64,000 bases of DNA from Octopus sinensis (lineage: Eukaryota), in contig NC_043006.1 in the NCBI RefSeq assembly GCF_006345805.1, forward strand, positions 104,780,001 through 104,844,000, read 5' to 3'. The notes beneath the pieces are model-generated. The model saw only the letters and a list, made by a program, of their open reading frames with translations. It did no database searches and was not told the DNA's origin. The stretch's first letter is position 1. Each line of letters opens with the position of its first letter. This document shows, piece after piece, positions 1 to 12,539 of this stretch. The translations under genes and the position numbers were made by a program.

Positions 1-1814
1 GAAAAACATTTTTAATGACAGATATAATCGTCAATAACCATATAATTTATCACTATAAGTACGTGTCTTTAAGAAAGCAGACAGAAATTTCTAAAAAAAT
101 TCCGTTATTACCATATCGGACCCGATTTCAGAGTTAATTCATAAGAATAAGAATAATTTATCATCAGTGATAAATGCGGCAAAGGAATAGATGAAATACT
201 TACTTATACCCATGGAAGAAGCAAACACGACGTCATGAGCAGAATTAAGTACCCCAAATATATCCAAAATAGAAATTCTCTAGCACACCTCGCGACAGGT
301 GCGATTCCAACTGAATTCAGTTCAAATCGCATCTGTCTCGAGGTTTGCTGCAACTCGAACCCAACGCCAACGGGACTTAAACATGAAAATTAGCTAATAC
401 TCCTTTTCAGCTGTCGCAGATCGTTCAAATGGAACATATTTCAACAGTTGCAGAGAGTTCAAACGGAACATTATAGACATCATTCTCCCTAGTCTTGAAG
501 TACTTGCAAGATTCACAAGCTCCGCCCCCTTCTCAAGAGCCTGTGAATAGAAACAGATATCGAGCACTCTAGTGTTTCTGTTACTTGGCCTTCTTTTGAC
601 ATGCATGATATTCTTAGATATGATATTATTAATGACCGTACTAATTCATGTAATTACAAATATTATAGTGTTGGTGTGGAGTGCAGAGACTTGGATTTGC
701 TAAAAGATCTCAGGGAGCAGGTAATTTTACAATTAATGAGGTACACATTTACTTTGCATTTTCTCTATTCAGTTTTGCTGATTTACATTCTTTGGTAATT
801 CTCGATCAAGGCAAGAATCCCCGACAAATTTCCAATTACTTCTTTCTCTGTCAAATGATGCATTTTGTCCGAGTAGAATATTCAGTCGTTTTTTATTCTA
901 TGTAACATATCGCTTACATTTCATTCGTTAAACTCCAGACATTGGAAAGTAAATATAACAGCAATGTTAGCTATGTACTCGCAGACACCATCCTCACATT
1001 TGGAAGTAACTGATATCGCCGTTATCACTCGAGGGTGCATCTGTAAATGTTCTGATTAACAAATTCAGCGCAGGCCTACTTTCGTTTCCATTATTCTGAG
1101 GTCAATAAAATAAGTACGGACTGATATAATCAGCTGTATATGCTTATGTGTACATACTATAGGCTATATTTCTGAATTGCATTACATATTCTAATAATTC
1201 CATTAAATACTCATAACTGTATTTTCCTAATTAGCACTCTCTTTCTGGTTTCGAGAAAGCCATCTATTCAAGATCGACGCTCTGGCAATTAGTTGCATAA
1301 CTAAGTTAACCAATAATCATCACGATAAATTAGGTGTAGTTTTTACCGATTTCTCATGGGGGGAAAATGAGGTTTTTTTTTCTAACTTTAACGTAATATT
1401 AATCACTATTGAACGACTAAATTCTACTACAGCACACATTAGTCTGCGTGCCAAAGTACACGTTCTGTTATAATTTGTCGCTATTTTACTTAGGTTTTGA
1501 TAGGGGCATTACTTCATTATTACTCTTAATGAGTGTGACCTGTACTGCACTGGAACTTGTATTTTGATCTTCAGAACTATACTAACTACGAATTACATTA
1601 TTCAATGCGTTGATAAATCATGCCACACTGAGAGATCTTATGATAATGTTATCTTAGTACAACTGTTTATGACTTGGGTTACAACGTCGTTTTCAACTGA
1701 CTTACAATATCGGCATCAGTGGGCACATCAAAATATTCTGCCTACATCTATTTTGCGTATCTGGTATTTTGTTAGTATTTCATATTCCTGGATTTCAAAA
1801 TCATTTTCCTCATA

Positions 1815-1960
1815 GTAAGCTTTAATAAAATGGCTGTTGGTGAACGCTCGATGAACGGAGAGTGTTCGACGTTTCGAGCATAGTCCTTCGTCGGAAAGGG
1901 AAAACGGAAAAGTCTAAACAAGGAAAATGAATTCCCAACAGCACGTGTATTGTTACATAG
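1815..1960 (-). mobile_element. Penelope-like terminal fragment with a degenerate CCGACGA-type HHR (1864-1897)
   Basis: Minus strand TTTCCGACGAAGGACTATGCTCGAAACGTC, same motif family as 5794-5828. Confidence 0.5.
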
Positions 1961-2017
1961 TAGGTATGTATGTGTGTGTGTGTGTGTGTGTAGTATATAT
2001 ATATATATATACATATA

Positions 2018-2404
2018 GGTGCAGGCATAACTATGCGATAATATGTTTGCTTCCCAATGACATGGTATGGAGTTCCGTCAGACAGCTTGGCTCATTGGGT
2101 ATGACTTATCTATTATAGCTTCGAAATGACCAAAGTCCTGTGAGCAGATTTGGACGTCGGAAACTTAACAAAGCCATCGTATATAATGTGTGTGTGTTTG
2201 AGTGTCTTTATATGTGTGTTTGTCCCCGACCATAGCTTGACAATTGATGTTGGTGTGTTTACGTATCTGTAACCGAGCGGTTCGGCAAAAAGGACCGATA
2301 CAATAAGTACGAGGCGTAAAAAGAGCACTGTGGTGGAGTTATTCGATTGCAAATTCCTCAAGGCTGTATCCCACTATGGCAGAAGTCTAATGAATGAGTG
2401 AAAC
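2018..2404 (+). mobile_element. tRNA-derived SINE family A (internal TG repeat)
   Basis: TTGCTTCCCAA..CATGGT head and GCTTGACAA..GGTGTGTTTACGT..GTAAC..AGCGGTTCGGCAAAA body, shared with other copies in the window. Confidence 0.75.
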
Positions 2405-2523
2405 ATACACACAAGCATGCATACAACATACGTATATATATATATATTATATATATATATATATATAGATATATATATATATATAATATATATATATATA
2501 TAATACTGCACACACACACGTAC

Positions 2524-2572
<49 letters not shown>

Positions 2573-2610
2573 TTAGAGACAAAACCACTATTTTATATAT
2601 ATATATATAT

Positions 2611-3100
2611 AAATAGAAAAATTATTATTTCTAAATCTCTCAACTAGAGACATTCAGTAACAGCACATGAGTAAAGATTATTTTCCAACATAATATAGTA
2701 GTCCTGGTTAGGACGAGTGTTACTGTTATTTAGGCCCAGGAAACATCGCCTCCAGCTGGCTATACGACACACTTTCTGTGTCCTTATAGTTTCGAACGAG
2801 GAAGTTTAGCATCCACACTCAGTGCAAAGCAATATCTGCGTATCACGGTTTCTGGATTTTTTTCTCTTCGTCAGTACAGGATAACTGCTCGGTTAGACAT
2901 GGCGCTGCTAAACTCTTGTTCGAAATATATAATTTTCAAAGTGATACACTGTCACTGATCTAATAAATAGAAAAGTTATGATTTCTAAATCTCTCAACGA
3001 GAGACATTTAGTAACAGTACTCTAGAGTAAAGATTATTTGCCAACATAATGTGGGAGTGCTGCCTGGTTAGGATAAATGTTACTGCTATTTAGCCTCAGT
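2611..3100 (-). mobile_element. 354-nt period tandem (about 1.4 copies) with a degenerate HHR; related to 5209-5670
   Basis: AAATAGAAAA at 2611 and 2965. Minus strand CUGACGA..GAAACCGUGAUA at about 2829-2888. Shares the GGACACAGA.AGTGTGTC..GCCAGCTGGAGG..CCTGGG.CTAAA..ACAGTA module with 5556-5624. Confidence 0.7.
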
Positions 3101-3104
3101 AAAG

Positions 3105-3159
<55 letters not shown>

Positions 3160-3679
3160 GAAAGAGAGAGAGAGAGAGAGAAAGAAAGAGAGAGAGAGAG
3201 AAAGACAGAATTACATAATACCAAAGAACCCGTCTTCTCCATCTAGACTAAGGACCCAGAACTACAACAACTTAGGGTTGAGGGATCACAGCTGAGAGAC
3301 ATCACAGATTTCCGATGTGCACATGTGGACACCTTCAGCATCTGGACCAGTTCCTTCCTGAAACGCAAGATGAACCCACATGGCGGAAGGAGGCAGAAAG
3401 AAGAATGGTTCCATCCATTTCGATTCTTCATAACAAAAATGAAACCTAAACATAGTGAGAGGTAGTGCTCTTGCACGACCCCAGAATTTGGCTGTAACCA
3501 TTAAATGATACACGGTAAAATATACATGCATACGTACATTATGTGCCAACCCAATACACAGCGAGAGAGAGAGAGAGAGTGTGTGTGTGAGAGAGAGAGA
3601 GAGCGGTGAAAGATGTAAAATGAAACATGAAGTCACTCATAGATCTAAGTATATATTATGTGTATGCGTGCATGTATGC

Positions 3680-3711
<32 letters not shown>

Positions 3712-4464
3712 CACTGGCAACTCCGGTACTCGGACTGTTCAGTATTAGCCCGAGTATAAATTTAATAAAGTGAACGTGTATTTGCAAGCTGATCTAATTC
3801 CTACCAACACTGACTTCAAGTATGTAATTACAGTCAATAACTCGGGCTCTTTTATTGACCCTGGTCGCAGTTCATTTATATTCGTTCAGCGTTTGGCGGC
3901 CGTCCTAGAGGTGCCCTGTGTCAAAAAATGTTTTTCGTAGCAGACATACCCTCAACATCCTTCACACGCGCCTGATTCGGGCTTAGAAGTTGCAGCCCGA
4001 GTTGTCATCTATAATCATAAAAATTAAAAGTAATTCAAATTCAACGTTTTCTTGAAACAATAAATTTCTGTAGAAGTTAGTATTTAAATTCCAATCTATG
4101 AAAAGATTCCGTTCTACAATATGCTTAAAGAACGAGCCTATTAGGCGGAAAAACTAAGTGGCATCTCTTGTCGAGATTACGGGTGACAGTCAGATCGTTG
4201 ATGTTTGTTGAGTACTCTGCTGTCGTTATTTGATTGCTGTTATTCTGCGTGCAAAGGTCAGTTGTGTCTTGCGGAGTTGCTTTATTTTAACCGTTACCTT
4301 AGAAATGGAGAAAGACATAGCGCTATATATAAGTAAGCTATTTGGCGCTAAATATAAAGCGGGAAAGCATGAAATTTTTCCAGCAGGCATATGTCTTATA
4401 CGAAGTCTGTGATGAGCCCGAGTGATGCAGACAACCTGGTGTCGCCTCTGGAATATATATATAT

Positions 4465-4516
<52 letters not shown>

Positions 4517-4634
4517 CATACGTACATATATTCATGTATAGATATATCATATATATATAAAATTAAGTCACAACATATGGATTCAAGTAACCAGGTAGTT
4601 AGATATAATTTCAAACCATTTTGTGTCATCTATG

Positions 4635-4697
<63 letters not shown>

Positions 4698-5101
4698 GCA
4701 CACACATGCACGCACACGCACACATATTCATATAAATAAATGGCGAACGATGAAAACAAGTGTTGAACACCGTATTGGTGGATAAGGTTTCTTTATTTTG
4801 TGTATTAAAGCTACCACTGGTTTCATGTTGTAAAAATCAAAATATCTTAAAATCTTTAAAAATTTTCAAGCCGATTACACGGGCGAATGGTGTTTATCTC
4901 CATTTCGGATAAACACACACATATAGATATATACGCATACCTATATATATATGTACATAGATGTATACACATACATATGTGTGTTTGTGAGTGTATTCTT
5001 GTTTATATATATATGCTGATGTATAAAAATGAATACACTCACAAATATACATAAACATATATATGTCTAGTTATTTATCTATGTTTCTCTCTCTCTCTCT
5101 T

Positions 5102-5144
<43 letters not shown>

Positions 5145-5208
5145 ATGTATATATATGTGTGTGTGTGTGTGTGTGCGTATGTATGTATGTATATATATAT
5201 ATATATAT

Positions 5209-5666
5209 AATGATAAATATCAAAGTGAGTTATATACAGTAGCGGTACACATCGTGACGTATTTTTGCCATTTCAATATGGCTAACCCCATATTTTGAAA
5301 TGGCAAAAATACGTCACGATGTGTTACCGCTACTGTATATAACTCACTTTGATATTTATCATTGTTTGATTTCACTTTTTCAATTTCAGCGACAGTGGAC
5401 GCTGGAAAAAGTATAAGTATTTGTGAAGGAAATCTAATTCTCGGCGACAACTATGATTGTAACACGCTGACGAGAGGTCAATACCTCGAAACTCGAGTCC
5501 GTGTGTATCATAAGTTGAAGACGGGAAGGATGACTTCCCTTTGCAAATACTGACAGGACACAGATAGTGTGTCTATGGCCAGCTGGAGGAGTGTGTCCTC
5601 CTGGGGCTAAAAACTACAGTAGCATCCACCCTTAGGGGTTAGCCATATTGAAATGTCAAAAATACG

Positions 5667-5670
<4 letters not shown>
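5209..5670 (+). mobile_element. 353-nt terminally redundant HHR unit with an inverted 5' copy (retrozyme/pLTR-like)
   Basis: GAAATG[G/T]CAAAAATACGTCAC at 5297 and 5650. Segment 5209-5289 is an inverted copy that spans the unit junction. (TA)n on both flanks. Confidence 0.8.
5452..5512 (+). ncRNA. Type I hammerhead ribozyme (intact)
   Basis: ACACG-CUGACGA-GAGGU(CAAU)ACCUC-GAAA-CUCGAG-UC-CGUGU, with helix I extended by UAUGAU/AUCAUA. GUC cleavage after 5499. Confidence 0.93.
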
Positions 5671-5703
<33 letters not shown>

Positions 5704-5793
5704 TAATCCAAACGGGAAAACAGAAAAAAAACAACATGTGGAACAATTACAGTATTATTATTATTAGGCGCTCAGGAAAATGGAAGAAGGAGG

Positions 5794-5828
5794 GTTTGAC
5801 GTTTCGAGCGGTGCTCTTCGTCGGAAAC
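5794..5828 (-). ncRNA. Minimal hammerhead with U4C core variant, inside a ~260-bp element (5701-5960)
   Basis: GUUU-CCGACGA-A-GAGC(ACC)GCUC-GAAA-CG-UC-AAAC. Confidence 0.7.
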
Positions 5829-5961
5829 ATAGGAGAAAGAAAGATCCCGAGACGGGAGGACAGAGGAAAAAAAAATTGCAGGTAGTCTTCACGAGGTCAC
5901 AAAACCGATAAGATAACAAAAGAAAGAGAGAGACCTCAATATTATGTAAATAGAGGAAATT

Positions 5962-6194
5962 TATCTGTAAAATAATATGTGACAATTATTCAATAGCCAA
6001 GATAAAACTCTGAGTTTCGGATTCCGAGGTAGAATCTCTTCGGTTATCTGGCCATCTGAAAAACGCTATTTTTTTATAGCGTTTTTCAGATAACCGAAGT
6101 AAGCGACGAGATGGTGTTGTGGATTTCCACTTCGGCATTCGAAACTCAGAGTTCTTGGCTATTGAATAATTGTCACATATTATTTTACAGATAA
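5962..6194. repeat. Nested inverted-repeat (fold-back) element, possibly head-to-head pLTR with a decayed HHR
   Basis: About 40-bp perfect outer arms (TTATCTGTAAAATAATATGTGACAATTATTCAATAGCCAAGA), inner hairpin CTGAAAAACGCTAT/ATAGCGTTTTTCAG, and AAG-C-GACGA-GATG..CATTC-GAAA-CTCAGAG-TT-CTT. Confidence 0.7.
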
Positions 6195-6205
6195 TATATA
6201 TACAT

Positions 6206-6295
<90 letters not shown>

Positions 6296-6436
6296 TGGAT
6301 CTCTCTAACTCGTGAGGATGGTCTTCATTTAGAACTATAGATTGATACTGCAACAGTAAGTTTGAAAGACACTCTGTTCGCATGCACACACACACTCTCA
6401 TACACACACACACATTTATTATTCTAGTCATTTCTT

Positions 6437-6790
6437 GTTTCTTGTTTTAGACATATTATTGCGCCCAAGCTGGTGCACCGCCTTGGACAATTTTAGTCAA
6501 AAGATTTGATCCAATTATTTACTTTTTAAAGGCAGTAGCGCATTCTCTCGTTCTCTTCTGTGGAACCGCTGGTCTAGGGGACATAAACACACCAACATCG
6601 TCTATCAAGTGGTGTTGGTGGAAAAAAACATACATATACATGTTTCTTTCAGTTTGCATCGACCAATTTCACTCACAAGGCTATAGTCGTCCCGAGTTTA
6701 TAGTAGAAGACACCTACCAAACGTGCCACGCAGTTGGACTGAACCTTGCGCCATGTGGTTGGGAAACAATTGTCTTAACGCACAACCACA
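6437..6790 (-). mobile_element. SINE family A
   Basis: Homology to other family A copies. Confidence 0.7.
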
Positions 6791-6867
6791 TAATACATAC
6801 ATATATATATACATACATATAATATCTGAAATCAAATACATATAAAAAACATATCAATAAAAAGGAG

Positions 6868-6908
<41 letters not shown>

Positions 6909-7391
6909 TACGTTCTGCTTCTTGTTATTTATTCTTCTTTCTGTATTTCTCTCTCCCACCCTCTGTTTCTCTCTCTCTCTCTCCGTCTTTATATATATAT
7001 ATATATATATAGGGAGAGAGAGAGAGAGAGAGAGAGAGACATACTCATACACACATAGGCGCTTACTTATTATATATGATGAATATGTTTGATTACGTTC
7101 CCTCCATAAATTCCTGTATATTGCACTGATGTAAAATTTATGTAAATATAAAGACAAGCTAAAATATAGAAAATAAAAAAAATAATAAACAAGACCTACA
7201 ACGAAATATGAAATATATAACCATACAAATGACTGCAACAAAACCGTTGCATCATATATGGTTTTGCAGTAAATTATTCATAGATGGGGAAGGCGATGCT
7301 AGACAATGTATTGTGAGAGGAGAAAGAGAGCATCCGAGAGGGGAGGAACGGGGAGGGGGTGATCGTAGACGGTATGAAATGTATAGAAAAA

Positions 7392-7393
7392 TA

Positions 7394-7425
<32 letters not shown>

Positions 7426-7434
7426 GATGATGAC

Positions 7435-7471
<37 letters not shown>

Positions 7472-7832
7472 ATGATGACGACGACGATGATGATGATATA
7501 GAAAGACAAAGAAATTAAAATTATGAGGCGGAAAAATGTTGAGGCAGAAATTTGAAGTAAGAAAAAATAAAGACATTAAGAGGGGTATAAATTAACCAAG
7601 GTGTTGATGATGGCGGTGGTAGTGATGATGATAGCGTTGATTACGAAGAAGAAGAAGAAGAAGAAGAAGAAGAAGAAGAAGAAGAGGAGGAGGAGGAGGA
7701 GGTGGAAGAAATCGGTGATGATGATGATAATGATGTTCGCGATGACGAAGAGGATAATGATGATTGTGGTGGTGCAGGTGATAATGACTCATGATGACGA
7801 CGACGACGACGACAATGATGATGATGATGATT

Positions 7833-7864
<32 letters not shown>

Positions 7865-8093
7865 GATGATGATAAGTCACTGATGATCATAACTAAGATG
7901 GTACTGTCGATAATGATGATGATGAAGACAACGGCAAAAATGAAGACGGCAACGATGACGACGGCGAAGATGAAGATGATGACGATGATGACGATGATGA
8001 TGATGATGATGATGATGATGGTGATGACGATGTTGATGATGATGTTGATGATGATGATGATGATGATGGTGATGACGATGTTGATGATGATGT

Positions 8094-8125
<32 letters not shown>

Positions 8126-8135
8126 ACGATGAATA
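7392..8135. repeat. Compound (GAT)n/(GAA)n/(GAG)n trinucleotide microsatellite
   Basis: Direct reading; accounts for the poly-M/H/D/K ORF calls. Confidence 0.95.
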
Positions 8136-8294
8136 TGGAGCTGAATTAAAAGGAAAAAAAGGAACAGAAATAACGTAATATGTCCAACCTTGACTATCAC
8201 TTTGACTCCGTTCAAGTCTTCTCTCGTTAATTTCAAAGACTCTCTCTTTCTTTCTCTCACTTTCACACGCACACACACTCACACAAACATGCTC

Positions 8295-8300
8295 TCTCTA

Positions 8301-8347
<47 letters not shown>

Positions 8348-8372
8348 ATCTATCTATCTATCTATCTATCAA

Positions 8373-8408
<36 letters not shown>

Positions 8409-8410
8409 AA

Positions 8411-8463
<53 letters not shown>

Positions 8464-8535
8464 CTATCTGTCTATCAACCTATTTGTCTATCAACCTATT
8501 TGTCTATCAACTTATCTATCTATCTATCTATCTAC

Positions 8536-8604
<69 letters not shown>

Positions 8605-8605
8605 A

Positions 8606-8640
<35 letters not shown>

Positions 8641-8688
8641 ATCTATCAATATCTATTAGATCTATCTATCTATCTATCTATCTATCAA

Positions 8689-8745
<57 letters not shown>

Positions 8746-8817
8746 CTATCTGTCTATCAACCTATTTGTCTATCAACCTATTTGTCTATCAACTTATCTA
8801 TCTATCTATCTATCTAC

Positions 8818-8867
<50 letters not shown>

Positions 8868-8910
8868 CTATCTATCTATCTATCAATCTATCTATCTATC
8901 TATCTATCAG
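8295..8910. repeat. (TATC)n array with a higher-order internal duplication
   Basis: Variant block TGTCTATCAACCTATTTGTCTATCAACCTATTTGTCTATCAACTTATC occurs at about 8469 and 8751. Confidence 0.95.
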
Positions 8911-9235
8911 TCTGTCCGTCCATCCGTTCATCTGTCTACGTATGTATGTATATATGTATGTATATATATGTAAGTATGTATGAATATATCTATCTTATTG
9001 TTTATATACCTCTTTGTCTGCCTAACTTTCTCTATACACACACACATTCCGCACACACGCACACATACACACGCACACGCACACACACATTCCACACAAA
9101 AATTGCATACATATACTTCTGGTAGTATGTGCAAGTGCATGTATAATATCATCCACATCTACAGATAAATATCCCGTATATAATTGAATTTATCATTAAA
9201 CATATAATGTACACACACACACACAGAAATAGGAA

Positions 9236-9490
9236 ATGCAATCTCTTCAGCATGACACTGTGACACGCCATCTCCTGCAAAACCTACCAATGCGACATAA
9301 GGACCCTAAACTGAAAATAATTCTACTTTACCTAAAAATAGTCAAAAGCAACAAACAACCTAAGTCATTTAAGAAAATACTAACAAATACAAAATTACTT
9401 CCAAATTGTGTAACATGCCCCAAACTTTTGGAAGTGTCAGGACACCATTTCAAAACAAGGTCTACACTTTACAATCAAATCAGATAACGA
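9236..9490 (+). mobile_element. Small Penelope-like linker fragment (same family as 12540-13345)
   Basis: KSNKQPKSFKKILTNTKL..PNCVTCPKLLE parallels KRLLTNTKL..PNCGTCPNLLE. Confidence 0.6.
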
Positions 9491-10904
9491 CTTAATCTTG
9501 GTAATCATGCGTTCAATTGCCGTGCTTTTGGAGCAATGTAAGCCAAAGGGATTTTGTGGATGTGTTTGTTTTGTCTGTCTGCATTTAGGTCTCTATTGCC
9601 ACATAGGCTGCTGGTGCTAACCGGGGTGGTATCACTATTTTTAAGTGTTTCTACTGGTAGTGTATATCTAGTCTGTTAAATATTTGTGTGTCATCTTCAG
9701 TGGAAGATATATAGATATATAGATATAGATAGATATATAAAATCATATTTTTAATTGTATGATTCCCCTTACAATGCCGACAATTGTTTCTATTGTATTA
9801 ACATATTTAGTTGTATAAATATCATTGAAATTAATATATCTGGAAATACATGCTTAAGGCAGGTGAATACAAATTTTAATCAGACCAGATGCATCGCAAC
9901 TTCTATCATTAAGAATGTATTAAATCGTATTTTGGGGGTTTCCAGCTGATGATGTATTTAAACAGAATCAGAATTGTTATAACCGCGCATAATTGAAAGC
10001 TGGATTAAAGAACCGATTAAATAGACCCACGTGTTCAACTGGTATTTATTTCATGAAAGATAAATTCGAAATTTGCCTTTTAAAAAATGTATTATATAAT
10101 TATTTCTAAATTAATTTTATTAAATTCTAATGGGAATGAAATGGTAATGAAATGTTATCACAAATTCCGGAGGGCATTTGAATTTTTCAATTCTTAATTA
10201 TAACTGCTTTTCATATGTAATATAATAAGCATAATTTTTCTTAAAATGTTTTCTATATTCAATAACTAGATAACTAATTGTCGTGACATGAAATCTCAAT
10301 GTCTCTAACTGTCGTAATTTAGAACTCTTCTGTTTATTTGTTATTCTTTTGTTACCCACTGACGTCAATAAAAATTGAATACAAAAATAATACTTTGCAA
10401 TACATTTCGACTTAGCGTTCTTTTTCTATGCATTCGTGTACCGGAAATATTCCCATAGTTCACTTTGAATTTAACCTACATTGGATCGCCTTCAAAACGT
10501 TGTGGTTGCATGTATTTCCGGAAATATTAATTTCAATGATATTTTCTATATCTAAATATGTTAATACAACAGAAACAGGTGTCGACTTTATTAGGCGAAT
10601 TCTATAATTAAGGATTTGCTTCTCTCTATACGAGTTTTTGCTGTCCAATACTCTAAATTTCTTGAAACTCTTCTAAATGACATTTGGATCCTCTTGTCAT
10701 ACATGAAGATTTAATTTGGATGCGTATAATAATAGTATACACATCCAAAATAAATCCTTTTTTAACAAACCATGTGTGTAACAACAAAAGAAGTGGCCCA
10801 AAAGAAAAGTCTGTATTTACACCGTCCCAGCGTAACGTGCTGACGACATCTCAGACACGTTATCAATAAATTCTATCTATCTATATTTTTATGCATGCTT
10901 ACCA

Positions 10905-11160
10905 AAACCTTGGGAGTGGAGTTAGTAGATAGAAACTGTGTGCTGTGCGTGTGTCTTTCTGTTTGTAACCCGCCACCGCTTGACAACCGGTGTTCGTGTG
11001 TTTATGTCCCAGTAATTTAGTATTTCAACCAAAGAGACCGATTGAATAAATACCAAGCTTTGCAAAAATTAATAAGCATTTGGCGTCGATAAGTTCGACA
11101 AAAACTTTTCAAGGCAATGCCCCAGCATGGCCTTAGTCTAATGATCGCAACAAAAGATAG
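10905..11160 (+). mobile_element. SINE family A, 3' part
   Basis: Homology to other family A copies. Confidence 0.7.
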
Positions 11161-11186
11161 ATGATAAAAATGTATAATTTTGCATT

Positions 11187-11228
<42 letters not shown>

Positions 11229-11324
11229 TATGTATACATATATATATACATATATATACATATATATATATATATACATATATACATACATATATATATA
11301 CATATATATATATATATACACACA

Positions 11325-11405
<81 letters not shown>

Positions 11406-12539
11406 CTATATACACACACACAGCTGTGCATTTCATGACATCACGCATAGCCCAGCTCAAAGACATCGTTTATAACTACTCGAAGATATTTATGCGAAAA
11501 TGGCAGTTTAGTATAAAGGTGTTTGAAGACTTTTATTCACATTGTATGTTGTTTTATACTGTTGTTGTTTTATACTGAAGAAAAAAAGAGACCCTTTGGA
11601 TATGTATTAAACAAACTCATTGACAGTATGAATATAATTCATCATATGTTTTGAGTATAATTTCTTATATGATATGATAATAATTAAAGTGTATGTACTC
11701 GAGATTTACATATATTAAATCGATATATGAAATAATTATAGAGAATGAAGTGAGATCATGGAATAAATTATGTTTATATCTATGTGGAAGATGTAGCAAC
11801 ACCATCTCTGTGGGAAAATAATTTGAAAGTGGGGAAATAATTTCCAGTTGATATTTATACAGAAAATTAATTCAAAATTGTTCAATGATTTTCCAGGTAG
11901 ATTCGAAAGTATTTTGAATTTTCACTGAGGATTTAAGGCAACAATTAAATTGATGCAACTTGTTCTGCAAGCATTCCTGAATTGTTTATTCTTTGTTTTC
12001 GTATATAACATATAATTGTTGCTTATTCGTTACATTTCAGCTTTGATAATGAGGGGTGCAAAAATTGCAATTAAAACTAATTTTACTGCTGTGGAAAAAG
12101 GGTCCAATCTTTATGACGTGTAAACGTTTGCAGCCTTCCTCAAAGTCCAACACTTGAGCTCATCGTTGTTCGGATGTTAAACGTGTGAATATCAGAGCTA
12201 TATTGTTGGGGACATCGAATCTCTGTGGATTCCAGGCGGCGTCTCTTCCGGAATCCGACGACTTCGTGTGGACGTTCGATCGCGTCTACTGCCATCCATC
12301 AGCGAGAAGGCGTGACTGGAGGACGACCTGCCACCATTATTAGTTTCGCAAGAATAGGGTCTGCTTTCCTTCCCATCGCAATTCTACACTTTCGACGATG
12401 GTAAGTGTGGTCAAATACGAAATAAATGCTCTAAAGTATAAACTTTAAAGTTTCAATAATAAAACCCGGTTTATGCGTTCCGGAAATTCTTGGAACTCAC
12501 AAACCAAGTAACAATGAGGCATACATACAACACTATAGT

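Noticed and set aside
157-600. Possible host exon near the window start
   Set aside because: Short open frames with no recognisable motif or convincing splice sites.
7208-9125. Long ORFs (182 aa, 311 aa, poly-His/Met/Asp, YLSI repeats)
   Set aside because: Translations of (GAT)n and (TATC)n microsatellites that lack stops.
10833-10862. CTGACGA inside a TAACGTG/CACGTTA stem as a hammerhead
   Set aside because: No helix II, GAAA or helix III; a simple hairpin.
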